IMG/VR virus record: IMGVR_UViG_3300033068_001745
Span: 17,988 to 81,987 of that record
Strand: one strand, 5' to 3'
Length of the DNA stretch: 64,000 nucleotides
Origin: a virus
Taxonomy: Duplodnaviria > Caudoviricetes
The first letter of the stretch is position 1. Each line of letters starts with the position of its first letter. The notes below the pieces were generated by a model, which was not told where the DNA came from, searched no databases, and saw nothing but the letters and a program-made list of their open reading frames with translations. The position numbers and the translations under genes were made by a program. This document shows, in pieces, positions 30,355-45,300 of this stretch.

Positions 30355-33300
30355 ATGCCTGATATAAACGAATTACTAAAATATGTTAAGGATAAAAATA
30401 TTACTCCTTTACCTGTTGATAATAATATACATAGTAGATTTTCTGACATTCCTTTAGATATAAACGATGTTCATATAGCTCAAGATAGAAATGTAGATTT
30501 ATCTCAAATACAAGCTCCTTATGAAGTAGGAGAGGCTATAGCCAATTCCCAATCTACTTCTGAAAAATGGTTAAATGACTTAGGTAGATTAGGTACAGGT
30601 GCTGTTTCTGCAACAGTTGGTGGATTTGCTATGATTCCTGCTTTCTTTGATGCAGCAAGTTCAATGGAATTATCCGCCATGTATGAAAATGGTGCTGTAA
30701 AATGGGCTGAAGGACTTGATGAATGGGGACAAGAAAAATTTAAAAATTATTATACTCAAAGACAAGAAGAGGCTTATAAAGAAGCAAGTATTTTTAAAAA
30801 AATGACTTATGGTGAGAAGTTTTGGGGAAACAGTTTACTTGCCAATGCAGGATTTATGATAGGTGCAGCAGTTGATGAAGCTATATTTTCAGCACTTACT
30901 GCTGTTACAAGTGGTGGAGCAGCCCCCTTACAAGCGGTAGAGACAGGTTGGTTAGCTGCAAGGTTAGCAAGAAGGCTTGCTGAAGCTGGTACAGAAGTAA
31001 TGGGTAGTGGGACAAACCTCATTAAAAATGTTTATAGAGGATTTACAGCAGAAGGTGAAATAGCTAAACAAGCTATGATGTCTGGATTAAAAAATAGCAG
31101 ACAACTTCTCACTTCAGCAGGATATGAAAGTTCTGTTGAGGCTTTACAGTTTCAAAAAGAAGCTTATAATCAAGTGCTTGAAAAGAAAGCAAATGAACTT
31201 GGTATTTCAAAAGAAGAACTTGAAAACAACCCTTTGCATGAAGAAACATTGGGAAGATTAAAAAGTGGAGTAAATTCTGTAGCAAATGGACTTTGGTTAA
31301 TGAATTTAGCTACAGTTGGGTTAAGTAATGCTATTGGGGCAACTGCTTTATTTCAACTTGAGAAACCTATTCTCAACATGTTGGAAAGAGTTAACCCTTT
31401 GAGAGCATTTATGTCAGCAGGAGTTGAAGATTTAGCTAAAACAGCAGGAAAAGAAATTGGTAAAGATGGAGTTCAATTTGCTGCAAAAAATCTAAGTATG
31501 GCTCAAAAAGCTTTCAATATTGTTAAATCTCCATTATCAGAAGGTACTGAAGAATTTTCACAAGGTTTATATCAGGATGTAGGGAAGAGATATTTAGAAG
31601 ATAAATACAACCCAAATGCAATAGATATGATTTTGAATGGAATACCTCTTATGGCTGATGAAATAGGTAAAAGACTTGGTGATAGTTCTCACTCAGGGTG
31701 GGAAGAGTTTGCAAGTGGTTTTATGAGTAGTTTATTAGGACTTCCTAATGTTGGTAGATTTGTTGGGAAAAAAGAAAATGGGAATTATGGTTTTAAAAAC
31801 GATAAAGAACAACCTGCTTGGGTAGGTGGTATATTCCAGGGTATTGCTGAAAATAGACAAATTCAAAATGAAAGAAATGAAAATGCAGCTCTTAATAATT
31901 TTCTTAGCGATAAAAACTTAGCTGAAATGTTAGATGGTAAATTATCAACAGATAATATTACAACAGCTTCTGTTAAAGCATTTCCTATGATAATGGCTGC
32001 ACAAAAAAGACTTGCTGATGGAATAAAAAGTGGAGATAAATTTGAACAAAATCAAGCTAAACATGATTTACTTGCTTATGCTGCTATTGCAAGAGATAAA
32101 ATTGGTCAAGTAGAAAACTTTAAGAAAGATGTTCTTGCTCAATATGACCAACATACAGCAATATTACAAAAAGGAGTTACGGCTGAAAGTACTCAAGAAG
32201 AAATACAATCTGTTGCAAATCTTGAAAGTATATATCAAGGAAATACAACTCAAGAGAAAATTGCAGAAGTAAACAGAAAAAAGAAAAATACAGAAATCAA
32301 ACTTAAAGATATTGAAGCAGGAATATCTCGTGCTAAATCTTTTAATTTAAGTCCTGACTTACAAGATAGAATGGCTGTTGCTTTGAGCAATGGTAATAAC
32401 AGAGTGTCAGAAGCTAATAGTCTTTTAAAGGCATTACAAACCTCTCTAAAGCTTCCAAATATTCAGGTAAGCAATCTATCATCTAATGAGCTTTATGAGC
32501 TTCTGGATAAGCATAAAGTGGCTACAAGCAAGCATAAGAAAATATCTGATTCTTTACAAAAAGATAAAGCTGAATTTGACTCATTACCAGATGAAATTGT
32601 TGCTTTTGAAGGAGAATCTCCAAGAGCTAATGAAAAAAAGAAAGCTGTAAAAGAAAGAGTTGATAATTGGACAAAAGAATTGGATGCTGAAACAGCAAGA
32701 CTTGAAAAAGAGCTTAATAAAAAAGTTTCTGAAGTTGATTTTACTGTTGAATCTCCTCTTACTCAATATAGAGAAGCTATTGATAAACTTCAAGGAGATG
32801 AGAAAGTACAAGCTGAAAGTTTATTTAATGATGTTCAAAGAGCTATAAATCAACATAAAGAAGCTGTAAAGGAATATAATTTAATTATGAATAATCCTGA
32901 AAAAGCTCAAAAACAAGAAGATGAAGCTAAAGAAAAAATACAGAGACAAATTGACAATAAACCAGAACTTCCTGAAAACATTGAAGAAACAGAGGAAGAA
33001 AAATCGGCAAAAGAGAAACAATTAGCTGAACAAGAATCTATTAAACAAAAAGAACAAGAAGAGATTGCTAAATTAGAAGGTGAGAAAAGAGCTAAAAAAG
33101 AAAAAGAAATTGCTGATAGACTTGAATCCGAAAAGAAAGCTCAAGAAGAAAGTGATAAAAAAGCAGAAGAATTAAAAAAACAAAACAGAGCTGAATATCA
33201 AAAAAACATTGATATTCTTGATGAAATTATTAATAAAGGAAAATATTATGATATTGAAGTAGTTGAAAATATGAATACTGATAAGTTTAAGAATTGGGGA

Positions 33301-36300
33301 AAATGGTTTGACCAAATTGAAAAACTTAAATTCATGGCACTTGCTAAACTTTCTAACCAAAGAAATAGTCCTTATTATTCAGTTCAAAGTATTACTACAA
33401 TTGATAGAGCTGATAATAATAATTTAAGATTGAATAATATTAACAATAGTAATAAAACTCAATATGAACTTGATTTAGATACTCCTGTTAATGAAGATGA
33501 ATTTGAAATTGTAACTGCTCCATTTAATACAGGAGAAAATACTAAAAAAGTAGATAAAAATGGAGACCCTGTTGTAGGTAAAAATCCAAGACTTGAAAAT
33601 ATTCCTAATCAAAAAGGAACTACAATTGCTGTTGTAAGAAAAGGTACAAATAAGATTATTGGTTTTATTAATGATAGAATTTTTCAATACAAAGATAAAA
33701 ATGGTAAAATGATTCCGTTTTTAAAACCAAACACAAGAGAATTAAATCCAGAATTTAATCTTGCTTGGATTGGCATGGAAGGAAAACAAGCTGAAATTCA
33801 AGACCAATTAAATCTCTTATCAACTTTAACAAGCGGAAGTTTAGTTAAAACAATAGAAGGAAGACTTAGATTCCCAAAAGAAAATGCTGCAATAAACCTT
33901 ACAGAAATTGAACAATTATTTTCAAATCCTCAAGTTGCTTCTGTTTCAGTGTTTCAAAGAATTTATCAAAATGAGAATATTCTATATCAAGAATGGAAAT
34001 ATAATAGAGAAAGAAAAATATGGGAAGCAGGTGAAATATCTGACCAAGATAGAGTAGATGCCAACACTTTAGCTATTACCTACAATGATGGGCACATCTC
34101 AAACATATCTGTAAATGTTTCAAAAGAGAATGAGTTAAAATGGTTTAAATCAGCTTTAAATAATTTAGCAAATAAAGGTACAACTTCTACTTCAAAAGTT
34201 GGAGGTTCTGTATTTTTCACAATTAATTCTGATGAAATTAGTCAAACTGTTGTAATTGAGGAGAATAAAGATGGTACAAGAGTAGCAATTAAAGTGTTAA
34301 AAGGAGTTAAAGGAGAAAAAGAAACTCAAGTGTTTGAATGGACAAATATCCAAGAATACTTAGATTTAATAAAGACTTTTCAAGGTATGAAACCTGAAGA
34401 ATCTCTTGAAGCATTTAAACAGTTTTTCAATGAAAAGTTAAAAATTGCTTCTGATAAAGGTAAACTCCCACTTGTTTACAAACTTTATACAGTTTCTTTT
34501 AATGATGAAAGTTTTGATAAAGAAATTGCAGAAGGTAAATATATCATTCCTAAAATGGAAGGTAAATTAAGTGTTGTAAATGTAGAAAAAGCTGATATTG
34601 CTGCTAATGAAGGACAAGTTTCTTTAATTGGAGAAGTTAAAGAACTAATTGGAAAACAAGTTGGTACATCTAATTATAGTGTTGAAAATGGTCTTATATT
34701 CTATAATAACTTAGATGGCACAGTAAGACCTGTTCTAAATCCTAACAGAAAATCTATAATTGAAGCTGTTGAAGATGATATAAAAAGAAGAAGAAAAGAA
34801 AACCCAAGTGTTGAAAGAGGTGTGTTAATTAATTATGAAAGCGGAAAAACAAAAGAGCAATTAATTGACATTGTAAGCAAATTAAAAGAAGGTAAAATAA
34901 CTTTTGATGAAATATATGAAGAGTTTTCCAACTTACCAACAAGCACGCTTTTAGAAGTAAAAAAAGCGTTTAATGAAGGCACTCTTGCAGATAAAATACA
35001 ATTTGGATTAGACATAAATGAGCTTTCAGAAGTGCAGTCTAAAACAAGAAGTAAAGAAGAAGTAATAAAATCAAGACAAGAAGCATTATTTGAAAAACAA
35101 AAGGCTGAAACAGCGTTAAAAGATTCAGAATATAAAATAGTTAAGAAAAAAGAGCTAATTACTGGTAAAGTTACAGAAACAAAAGTTAAAAGAACGGTAG
35201 AAGAAAAAGCCAAATACGAAGATTTTTATAGAAAAACAATAGAGGACATAAATAAACAAATTGAAGAATACGATGCTGAATTACAATCAACAGAAACCAA
35301 TTTACAACCCGAACAAACAACAGTTGAAGGAGAACAAAATATTCCTACTGACGTAGGAACGAATAATGTTTCACCAAGTAATATAGAACAACAAAAAGCT
35401 GATATTGAAAGAAGAAGACCAGAAATTGTAACTAGATATACAGACTCTGATGTAAAAGCCAATCCTGATAAAATATTTGTATTTGGAGATAATACACAAA
35501 GAACGGGTACTGGTGGTCAAGCTCAAATAAGAAATAATCCAAATGCTTTTGGAATAGCAACCAAGTTAAAACCTACCAATAATGCTGATGCTTTTATGTC
35601 TGATAATAATTTAGAAGCTAATAAAAACATTATTGATTCTGATATACAAAAAATACTATCTCAAAATAAACCTTTAGTATTCCCTAAAGATGGTTTTGGA
35701 ACAGGTTTAGCAAAACTCAAAGAAAAAGCTCCTAAAACTTATGAATATTTAAAGCAAAGATTAGCTGATGAATTTTACTTCGATAATGATAAAGGAGAAA
35801 TCAATGCTAAATATGATAAGGAATTAAAAGCATTAGAAGAAAACACTCCTCTCGCACCAAAAATGCCTATAAATAAAAGAACTTTTGAAACAGGACAATA
35901 TGTAAAATACAATGACGAAGTTTATATTATTACAAAGCAAAATAGTAATGGAACTTGGCAAATATATAATCCAAATTTAGAAGGAGTAAATGCTAAAAAA
36001 TCTGTATCAGAAGATAAACTTGAATTAGTTAATGGTAAAGCTAAGATAATAACTTATAGAGATGCTGATTATATTGTAACTCCTAAAAATACTATTATTT
36101 CACTTACTTCAAATAAAAAAGTATTTGAAGATGAAAAGAATGGTAACAGAATTAATATTCTAAATTTGGCTCATAACGATTCTTTATTTACTGATGATTT
36201 TCAAGATAGATTTGATATTAAAGATGAAGAAAAAACTTATACTCAACAAGAGATAAAAGATTATGTAAAAGCTAATAAAGAAAATAAAACAGATGAAGTA

Positions 36301-39300
36301 AGAACTGAGCTTGAAAAAATGAAAAATTGGGCTGAAAAGAATGATGGTAAATTATTTACAGCTTTAAATAATTTATTAAATACTTTTCCTAAAACTCAAC
36401 TTTCTAATAAACCAAGTGAAATTACTCATCAAAAAGCTGTTGAAATATTTAAAGAATACTTTCCAAATTCTGCTTTATCATTAGAAGATGTAAGTCAAGT
36501 TCTTGGTAAATTATCCTTCCTTCCTAGCTCTGTTGTATATGGTGTTTATAATGGCTTGGTTAGACTTAGACAAGGTGGAACACTTAAAGATACACCGTTT
36601 TTTGAAGGCTTTAGATTGGTATTTAATGCTCTTATAACAGATAAGGAAAAATCTCAAATATTAGAAGAAGCAAGATTAAAATATTTTTTAGGTTTATCTA
36701 AAGATAAAAAAGAAACTATTTTAAAAGAGTTTCAAAAGACTTATTCTCCAAAACTTAATGGTGAGTATGTTTGGCAAGGAAAAGAACTTGAAAATTATTA
36801 TTTAGAGACAATGCTTGCAAGAGAATTTGCAAATAAGGCTACTACAAATAAACCAAAATCTTTTATTCAGAGATTATTTGATAAAATAAGAAGTTGGTTA
36901 GGGATAAACAAAATTGATAGTTTGTTCAATAGAATACTTGCTAAAGAATTTAGAGATTTTCCTTACAGCCCAAAAGATAATCAAGGTACAATTAAAACAA
37001 TGCTTGATGTTTATTCATCTGAAAGTGAGTCAGGTAAGGACTTAATGACAAGTGAAAATGCTTATAGAATTGCTAATAGAATATTTTCTAAAATGGCAAG
37101 AGATAAAATGTCTTTTGAAACTGCTTTAGCTGCAACAAGAAAATATTATGATGATTTAGCTGCAATTCCAGGAATATTAAATGAAACAAAAACTTCTTTA
37201 GAAATATTATCAAGCTCTATAAATGAAATTGATGAGTTTGATGAACGTAATGAAATTGGACTTCAAAATATTGAAAATCTTAGAAAAGAAGTAGAAGATA
37301 GAAAAGCAATACTTTCATTTGACCCTGATACTGTTAGTGAAGAAGGCAATGAAAATGAGGATATTGCAATTAGAGATGGAGAAAACTTTTCACAATCTTT
37401 GCGTGAATTAGGTGGAGAAATGTCAGCTTCTAAAAAGTTTAAAGAATACTTATCAACAATAATGTATGTTGATGATGAATTTGATTTATTTGGAAATGCT
37501 TTTTCAGAAGAATTTAAAAATATGTCTGAAACAGAGCAAAAGAAATTTTATATTCCTGTAGATTTCATTTTAGTTTACAACACAATGCTTAAACTTACAG
37601 CAGGTAAACCCAAATCTGAAATACTTGGATTAAATGGAACAGGTCTTTTGAATCTTATGAAAGACACTGATAAACAATTACTTGCAGTAGTTAATCAAAT
37701 GAATGTTGATATTGCTAACCCACAAGAATTTGATACAACTTTAGATATGATTCTTTCTAATCTTGAAAAACAAAAAGTTCAAGGGAAAATAATCTTACAT
37801 GATAATGAAACAGGTAAATTTGATATGAGTGATGAAAATGCTCAAGGTATTGAAAATAGTCAAATCAATAAATGGGCAAGTGAATATGAAATGAGACATG
37901 TTGGGAATATTGCAGAAACAGAAGAGTTATTAAAGGAGTTGAAATTTCCAACAAGTGCTACAGCTTTATATAAGGCTCTTAACAAGTATGGTTTTAAAGT
38001 TTCAAGACTTTATTGCCAATGGTGTTATGGTTTGAAAACTGGGAAGTATGAAAATGATATAATCCCTAAAATTGCTACAGAATATGGATTAACCACAAAC
38101 AATAGTATTTTAGATAAAACGAACATTGAATATATTTTTGATAAGATTATTAATAGAGAGAATGAAAATGCTAAACTTATTGCTAAAGGTTTACCTGGAG
38201 TTGAAACCATATTTCCAAACGGAGATATTTATTTTGGTGAAAAGAAGAATGAAGGTAGTAGAAATAAATTAAAAGCAGTGGCTTTTGGTAATAGTATTTT
38301 TGATTCATCTGTTAAGAATTTAAGTTATAAAAATTCTGAAAATAAAACAGTTTATGAAATTATTGCACGTATGCAAGTTGGAGATTTTGTCAATATTATA
38401 AATAAGATTACAAAAGCTAATAAACAAGGTGAACCTACTTATGATGCTATAAGAAAAAAAATACTTGATTTGAAAAATGATAATGAAGAAATTGAAAAAC
38501 TTCTCAAAACAGAAGTTGGTGGAAAGTACCCTTATTTAAGCTTTATTAACAGTATTTACAATCTTGTACAAGAAGGTAAAGATATGGAAAATGGTGAAGA
38601 TATGGCTTTAAAAGATGTTCAAGATATTCTTATAGATTTAGGAAAATTCATTTTTCATAATAACCTGGAGAATTTTGTAGAAAAAGATGATAAAGGTAAT
38701 TATAGACAAATGGAAATCGGATTTTTAGGTGGCTATAGGGAAACTTCTGGTGAAATAATTGAAGACACTTATATTGAAGATGAAAAAAGTAAAAGTAAAG
38801 CAGGGACAACTTTTAGTTCTGCAAATGAGCAGGAAAAAACATTAGCTTTACTTGGTGTTTGGATGAAAGGGTGGTACAATCCTATTGTAGCAGCAGGTAA
38901 ATCTATGCAGTTTATTTTCAAAGGAAATAAAGTTAAAAGAATTACACCTCAAAAAATAGAAGATACAAAAAACATTTTGATGAATTGGTTTGACCAAGAA
39001 ATTCATAGAATTGACAGAGGAATAAAAGGACAAGTTAGTAAAGATATTGATAAATATGAACAAAAATCTCAAAAGTTTTTTGAAAATAAAGCATTTGTTG
39101 ATAGTCTTGCTAATACAGATTTGAAAGAAATTTATTCAGCTTTTATTGAAGTAGATTCAAAAGATGCCAATCTTGTTGCTGCAAAGTTACAAGAGAAAAA
39201 AGATTTTATTGAAAAGTATAAAACAGATAAACAATTTAGAGACAATATAAAAGAAGCATTATTTGATTTTCATAATAATTTATCTCTTAACTTTGCAAAC

Positions 39301-42300
39301 AAAACAATTGGAACAATAGGGATTAATTTACCTCAAGTTCTTATTGATAAGAAAGAAAAACTTGTGGAAAATGATTTAAATGAAGGTACTGAAAATCATA
39401 GACTTATGGTTAATGTTTTGCAAGAATTTTACTTTGATGATTTAATAAATAGTACAGCTTTCTACAATACTTTTATTGGAGATAAAGCTATGAGTTTAAA
39501 GGGTTATATTGATGTAAATAAAAGGGCAGGTAAACATATTGCAGGTGGAGTGAGTTCTGAAACAGCCAATAGAAATATTAGAGCTATTGGTGTGAAATCT
39601 ATTAAGCAAATGTTGGGAATTGATGAAGATTTTCAAATAGATAAAGATTGGTACTCTGAAAGAGAAAATTACCCTTTAAAAAACAAAGATAAATTTGAAC
39701 CTACTGACACTACAGATGCAGAAAGTTATCAAACTGTAAGGGCTAATATTGACTTCTACTTGAAAAGTAATGCTAAATATACAAAAGAGGTACATGAAAT
39801 TTATGAAATGATAAATTATGGTATTGAGCCTTCATTTGATTGGTGGGAAAAACTTGATAAAAATAATGCAGCTTTACAGAAAAGAAAAATGGTTTATGCT
39901 GATTTTCTTCAATATATTAAAACTTCTGTAAATACTTTAACTTGGCAAGAATGTTCATTTTGGAACAGTGAAGCATTGAAAGCTTTTGCAAATGAAGCTA
40001 TTAGATTAAATGTAGAAAAATTAACTCCTTTACAAGAATTGGCTGTAATTAAAACTCTTACTGAAAATAATTCTGCTAATGTTGCTAAATTTAGAACAGT
40101 TTTACCAAGTAGAAAGAAAATGTTTGGTTTATTGTCTTTTATGTTAAATAACAAGATTGATTATGTTTATCATGATTCAGCAAGTAAATCGTTGCAAAGA
40201 AGGATTAGAGCTAAAGATTTTGATAAATTAGAAGCTAAAAATGCTCACTACTTAAATCCTACTTATTGGAAAGAACAAGTAGCAACTGATGGTGTTAAAA
40301 TGGAAGTAGTTGATGGTACACAAAAAATACAACTTATCTTTTCAGAACAAAATGGCGAAATAAAAGTTGATATTGGTCAAAATACTTTTGATTTAGAAAA
40401 AGTTTCTGATACTTATAAACAATATTTGGCTAATAGGATAAGTATGATGTATGAAAAAGTTCTTGCTGAATTACAAAATGAAGATGGAACAATTAACATA
40501 GATGAATTAAAAGCAGGTTTTGTCAAGACTCTTGAAAAGAGTGGTTCAACACAACAAACAATTAAATTCTTCAAAGAGAGTAATATTAACTTACCGCACA
40601 TTGTTGAAAAAGCTGAAAGTATGTTTATGAGTAGAGTGAGCAAAGTTCTTTCCCACAAAAAACCAGGAAGTGCTTTGGCTCTTGCTTCCCCCAAATTATA
40701 TCCAATAATGAGAGCTACTACTAAAATTGAATTATCTAATGGTAGGACTATTTCAGAAAATGAAGTAATTTCAACAGAAACTTATAAAAAGTTTAGTAGT
40801 GAATTTACAGAAGGTAAAAACTTTGCAATAAGCAGATTAAGGCATGGAGTTAAAGAAGGTAAACATTATTATGCTGAAATTATACTTCCTGCAAATCATC
40901 CTGCATTAGCTTATATGAAAGATGGATTTATTCCTGCTGAATTTGCTGAAATGGTTGGTATTAGGATTCCTACACAAGATAAACATTCAATGTTGTCTAT
41001 GAAAGTTGTAGATGTCATTCCTGCTTACAAAGGTTCTACAGTTATAGTTCCTTTAGAAAGCATCTTGTTGTCAGGAGAAGACTTTGACATTGATAAAAAG
41101 TATATTTATTGGTATGCAGGTTATCAAACAGTAAATGGTTGGAAGAAATACGGAGATTATAAAACTTTTAAAGAACTTGATGAAGAAGTTAAACAGCTTG
41201 CTTCAGAAGAAAATATGTCAGCTAATGATTGGAAAACTCAAAATATTGAGCAATATGATAATATGGTTAAGAGAATGAATGAATCAGGTAAATTAGAAAA
41301 AACTCAAACAAATAAATATGAGCTTGATAATGATTTACTTGATTTAGAGAAAGTTATGGTTCATAATAACGGAAATAATGATATTGCTTATACACCTTCA
41401 AGTATGGACATTGTAAATCAGGCAGTTCAATCTCATATTCTATTAGTTGATAAAGAAAGATTAAGATGTGCTGAATTTTATGGAATGGAATTAGCAGCTT
41501 TTGATACTTTACCAAGTTCAGAAAAAGTAGAAAAAATACAGAAATTTGTAAAGGAAAAAGGTTATATTAATGTTTATGGAAATCATAGTCCATTAGATAA
41601 ACTTACAGCTTATTATAATAATGATGTTGGTAGTGAAAACATTGGAGTTTGGGCTTTATCAAATGTGGTAATGCAAACTTTAATAAAAGAATCTAAATAT
41701 ATTAAAGTTGAAAATGGAGCTTACATGCTACATGGAATAAGAATCAATGATATAATTTCATCTTTCTTATCAAGTGCTACTGACAATGATAAAGAACAAC
41801 ATGCTGCTATTTTACAACTTGACCAAGAAAAATGTGGTATAATGTTTGATTTAATGTGGAGACAAGGTTTACATCCGACAGTTGCTTTGGGAATTATTTA
41901 TGATGGAAATGGTGGAAATAATATGGATTTAGGAGCTTTAATGCAGTTAAATCCTAATTTATCAGAAACAGATGCAAAGTTTTTAAATGATTTAATGCAA
42001 GGTGATGAGCAAGCGATGGAAAAACAGAAGTATTTATTAAAATCTTCTACAAACGCTGCAAAATACACAATGGCTTTAACAACACTTATGAGTTTAAATA
42101 AAGGTTTTAAATCAACAATATCTGATAATCAAACAATCGTAGAAGCAATAAAAACATTGAAAAAAGGAGTTGTAGATAAAGAAACTGGATTAACTTTACC
42201 AAAACCTTATGATGGTTGGAACATTGTTCAATCTGATATTCATTTAAAAGAAGAAGTTGATAAATTTGAAAAAGTTTATGATGAGCTTACTCCAAAAGTT

Positions 42301-45300
42301 TTCTTGATAAGAAATGAAAAATTGAGAAATGCTTTGGAAAAAATGACAGCTTCATTAAAAGGAATGAATTATCCTACAAACAGAACAAAAGTTTATAGAG
42401 ATTTGATTTCCTATGTCATAGTAAATATTATTAAAAACAATGATAGTTTGGTTCAGAATTATGCAAAAATTGGCGGAGAAGAAATATTTACAACAGGTTT
42501 GATAAGTAAAGTTAAAACTATTTTGACACCAAAGGTTGATAATTCGTTAATGAAAGGATTAACTGCTGTAAAAAAAGTAATGAAGCAGGGAGAATTTACA
42601 GGAAAAACAATTGATTCAGTGGCAATGAATACTTGGTTAAAAGCTGTAAGATTTGTAGATGAAAAAATGCAAAATGATTATGAGAGATTTAACAGAAGAC
42701 CACATGCTTTGGAAGAAATAAAAATTGCAATGGAAAATGGCAAAACTGTTGATGAAGCTCTTGTAGAGATTGATACTAATAAACTTATGGGAACATTAGC
42801 AAAACTCATGTACATTCAATCAGTAGTTAAAGAAGGACTTCAATTCAAATCAGGAAGTGTTAATTCATTGATTTCTACACCTTTATTTGCACAAACAAAT
42901 GGGCTTATTGACAGATTAATGGATGAAAAGAACTTTGAAGAAATTACAGGAAAATCTGCCGACCAATTAATGATTGATTTTATTAGAAATTTTGTTGCAG
43001 ATGAATCAAATAAATCTTTCTTACCAAGTTTATACAAACAAGAATATTTCATGGAAGCTAATGAACAAGGAGATACTTTGGGAAATGCAAGAATTGAGCT
43101 TAAAAATGCAGGTTTCAATTTTGATGAAAAGAAAAAAGTAATTCCTGCTTTTGGAATAAATTATGGTAAAGTTAAACTTGTACTTAATGAAAATTCTATT
43201 AAATCAATGTTAAATGATGAAGAATTTACTCCAATTTATGAAAGTATAGTTACAAAAGGTGGAAAAGATGTTGTTGGTTATAGAAATGATGATATTAAAT
43301 CTGGAGAAAAGATTGGTAATAATATGTATTATACTGGTAAAAAAGATGCAGAATTTGAAGCTGATTTAATAAAACAATCTTTGAACGAAATTAAAAATCA
43401 AACATTAGCTGAAAAGATATATGCGAGTTTACCAAAGAAAACGGAAAGTGGAAATGTATTAATAAAATCAGTTTATCAACAAGCAGGAATTGATTATGCA
43501 AAGTCTGTTGGAGGTATTTTCAGTTTAAGAGTTAATAATTCTGACAAACATTTCGGAAATCCTTTTAGTTCTGTGCAATCAGAAATAGATAAAGGATTAA
43601 TTGCTACAAAAGATACAAAAGAAGGTGTTGAAAAATATATTGATTGGGTAATTAATTCACAAGATGAAAGAGCTAAATGGATTAGAGAACAACTTGATAA
43701 AGGAATATTGAAAGGTAAACCTATTATTTATTACACAGATAAACCTGCTAAAAATTCCATAAGTCCAAGTAATGAAACACAGCCTTCTCATGCGAATGCT
43801 TTGGATTATTTAATTAATAATTGGGAAAGTGTTATAAACCAATCTGTTGAAGCTAACAAAATGGTACAACCAACTTCCATGAGTGAAATAACAAATCATT
43901 CAGGTGGAGCTTTAGGTGCAGATAGCATGTGGGATAAGATTGGAAGATTATTTGGCGTAGTAAATCATAAACATTATTGGGCTAACCAAAAAACTCCAAT
44001 GGGAAATGTAGAACTCACAAAGCAACAATTAGAAGAAGGAATTGAACATGCAAAGTTAGCAGCCAGAGAACTCGGAAGACCTTTTGTAGATAAATATGCT
44101 AATTTATTAGGCAGAAATTGGTTTCAGATTAAAAATAGTACACAAGTAATTGCTATTGCTCCAATAGTTTATCCAAATGAAAAAAATTCACAAGGATATG
44201 TTGTAAAAGCAACAAGAGCTACTGTTGATGGTGGTACAGGATATGCTGTTGAAATGGCAATAGCTAATGGAAAAGAAGTTAATGTTTTTGATACTAAAAC
44301 AAATCAATGGTACAAATGGAATGGTTCAATTTTTGTAAAATCAGAAGTTCCAATATTACATAAAGACTTTGCAGGAATTGGCAGCAGACAAGATAATGGG
44401 AAAATGACTGATGAATCAATACAAGCTATTAGAGATGTTTATGAAAAGACAAGAAATTCTTTACAAGAACAAAATGATGTAAAAGTTTCAGCTATTAATT
44501 TCAATGATGAACAAAAATCAGCTATAAATCAAGCTATTGAGTTTATTAAAAATGGAAATCCTAAAGAATGGTTTGTAATTGAAGGTAAAGCAGGTGTCGG
44601 AAAGACAACTATTGCAGAACAAATTGTAAGAAACTTTCCGAATAAAAATACAAGTGTTGCTGCTTTATCTTACAAAGCTAAAAGTGTAATCAGAGATGAA
44701 TTTAGAGAAAATGGCATAAAAGCTAATTTTTATAGTTTAGCAGGTTTGTTAGGTCAAAAACTTAATATGGAAACTGGAGAATTTGAAAGAGATGAATTTT
44801 CAATGACAACTCCTCCAATTGAAATGTCTGATTTGATTCTTATAGATGAAGCTTCAATGATTAATGAGCAAGCTTTGGAATTAATAATGCAAACAAAGCC
44901 TACTAATGCAAAAGTAATATTTTTAGGAGATATAGGTCAATTACCACCTATAAGAACTGAAAAGAATAAGTATTACAAGGATAAAAAAGCATTATTTGGG
45001 AAGAAATCTCCTGTATTTGAAGGAAATAATAAAGCTAAACTTCTCACAAGAATTAGACAAGGAGAAGAAAGTCCAATCCTACCTTATGCTGATTTTTATT
45101 GGGAAAATTCACAAGTATCAAATCCTGTTGAATATCCTGCTACAAATAAAAAAAATGTAATTTCAAGTAAAGGTACTTTAAGATTTGTTGATAAATTTGC
45201 TGATATTAAAGATGAAGTTGTTAATGAATTTAAACAATCTGTTGAAACAAACAATCCTAATCATATTAAAGTAGTAACTTACAGAAATGCTACAAGAGAA

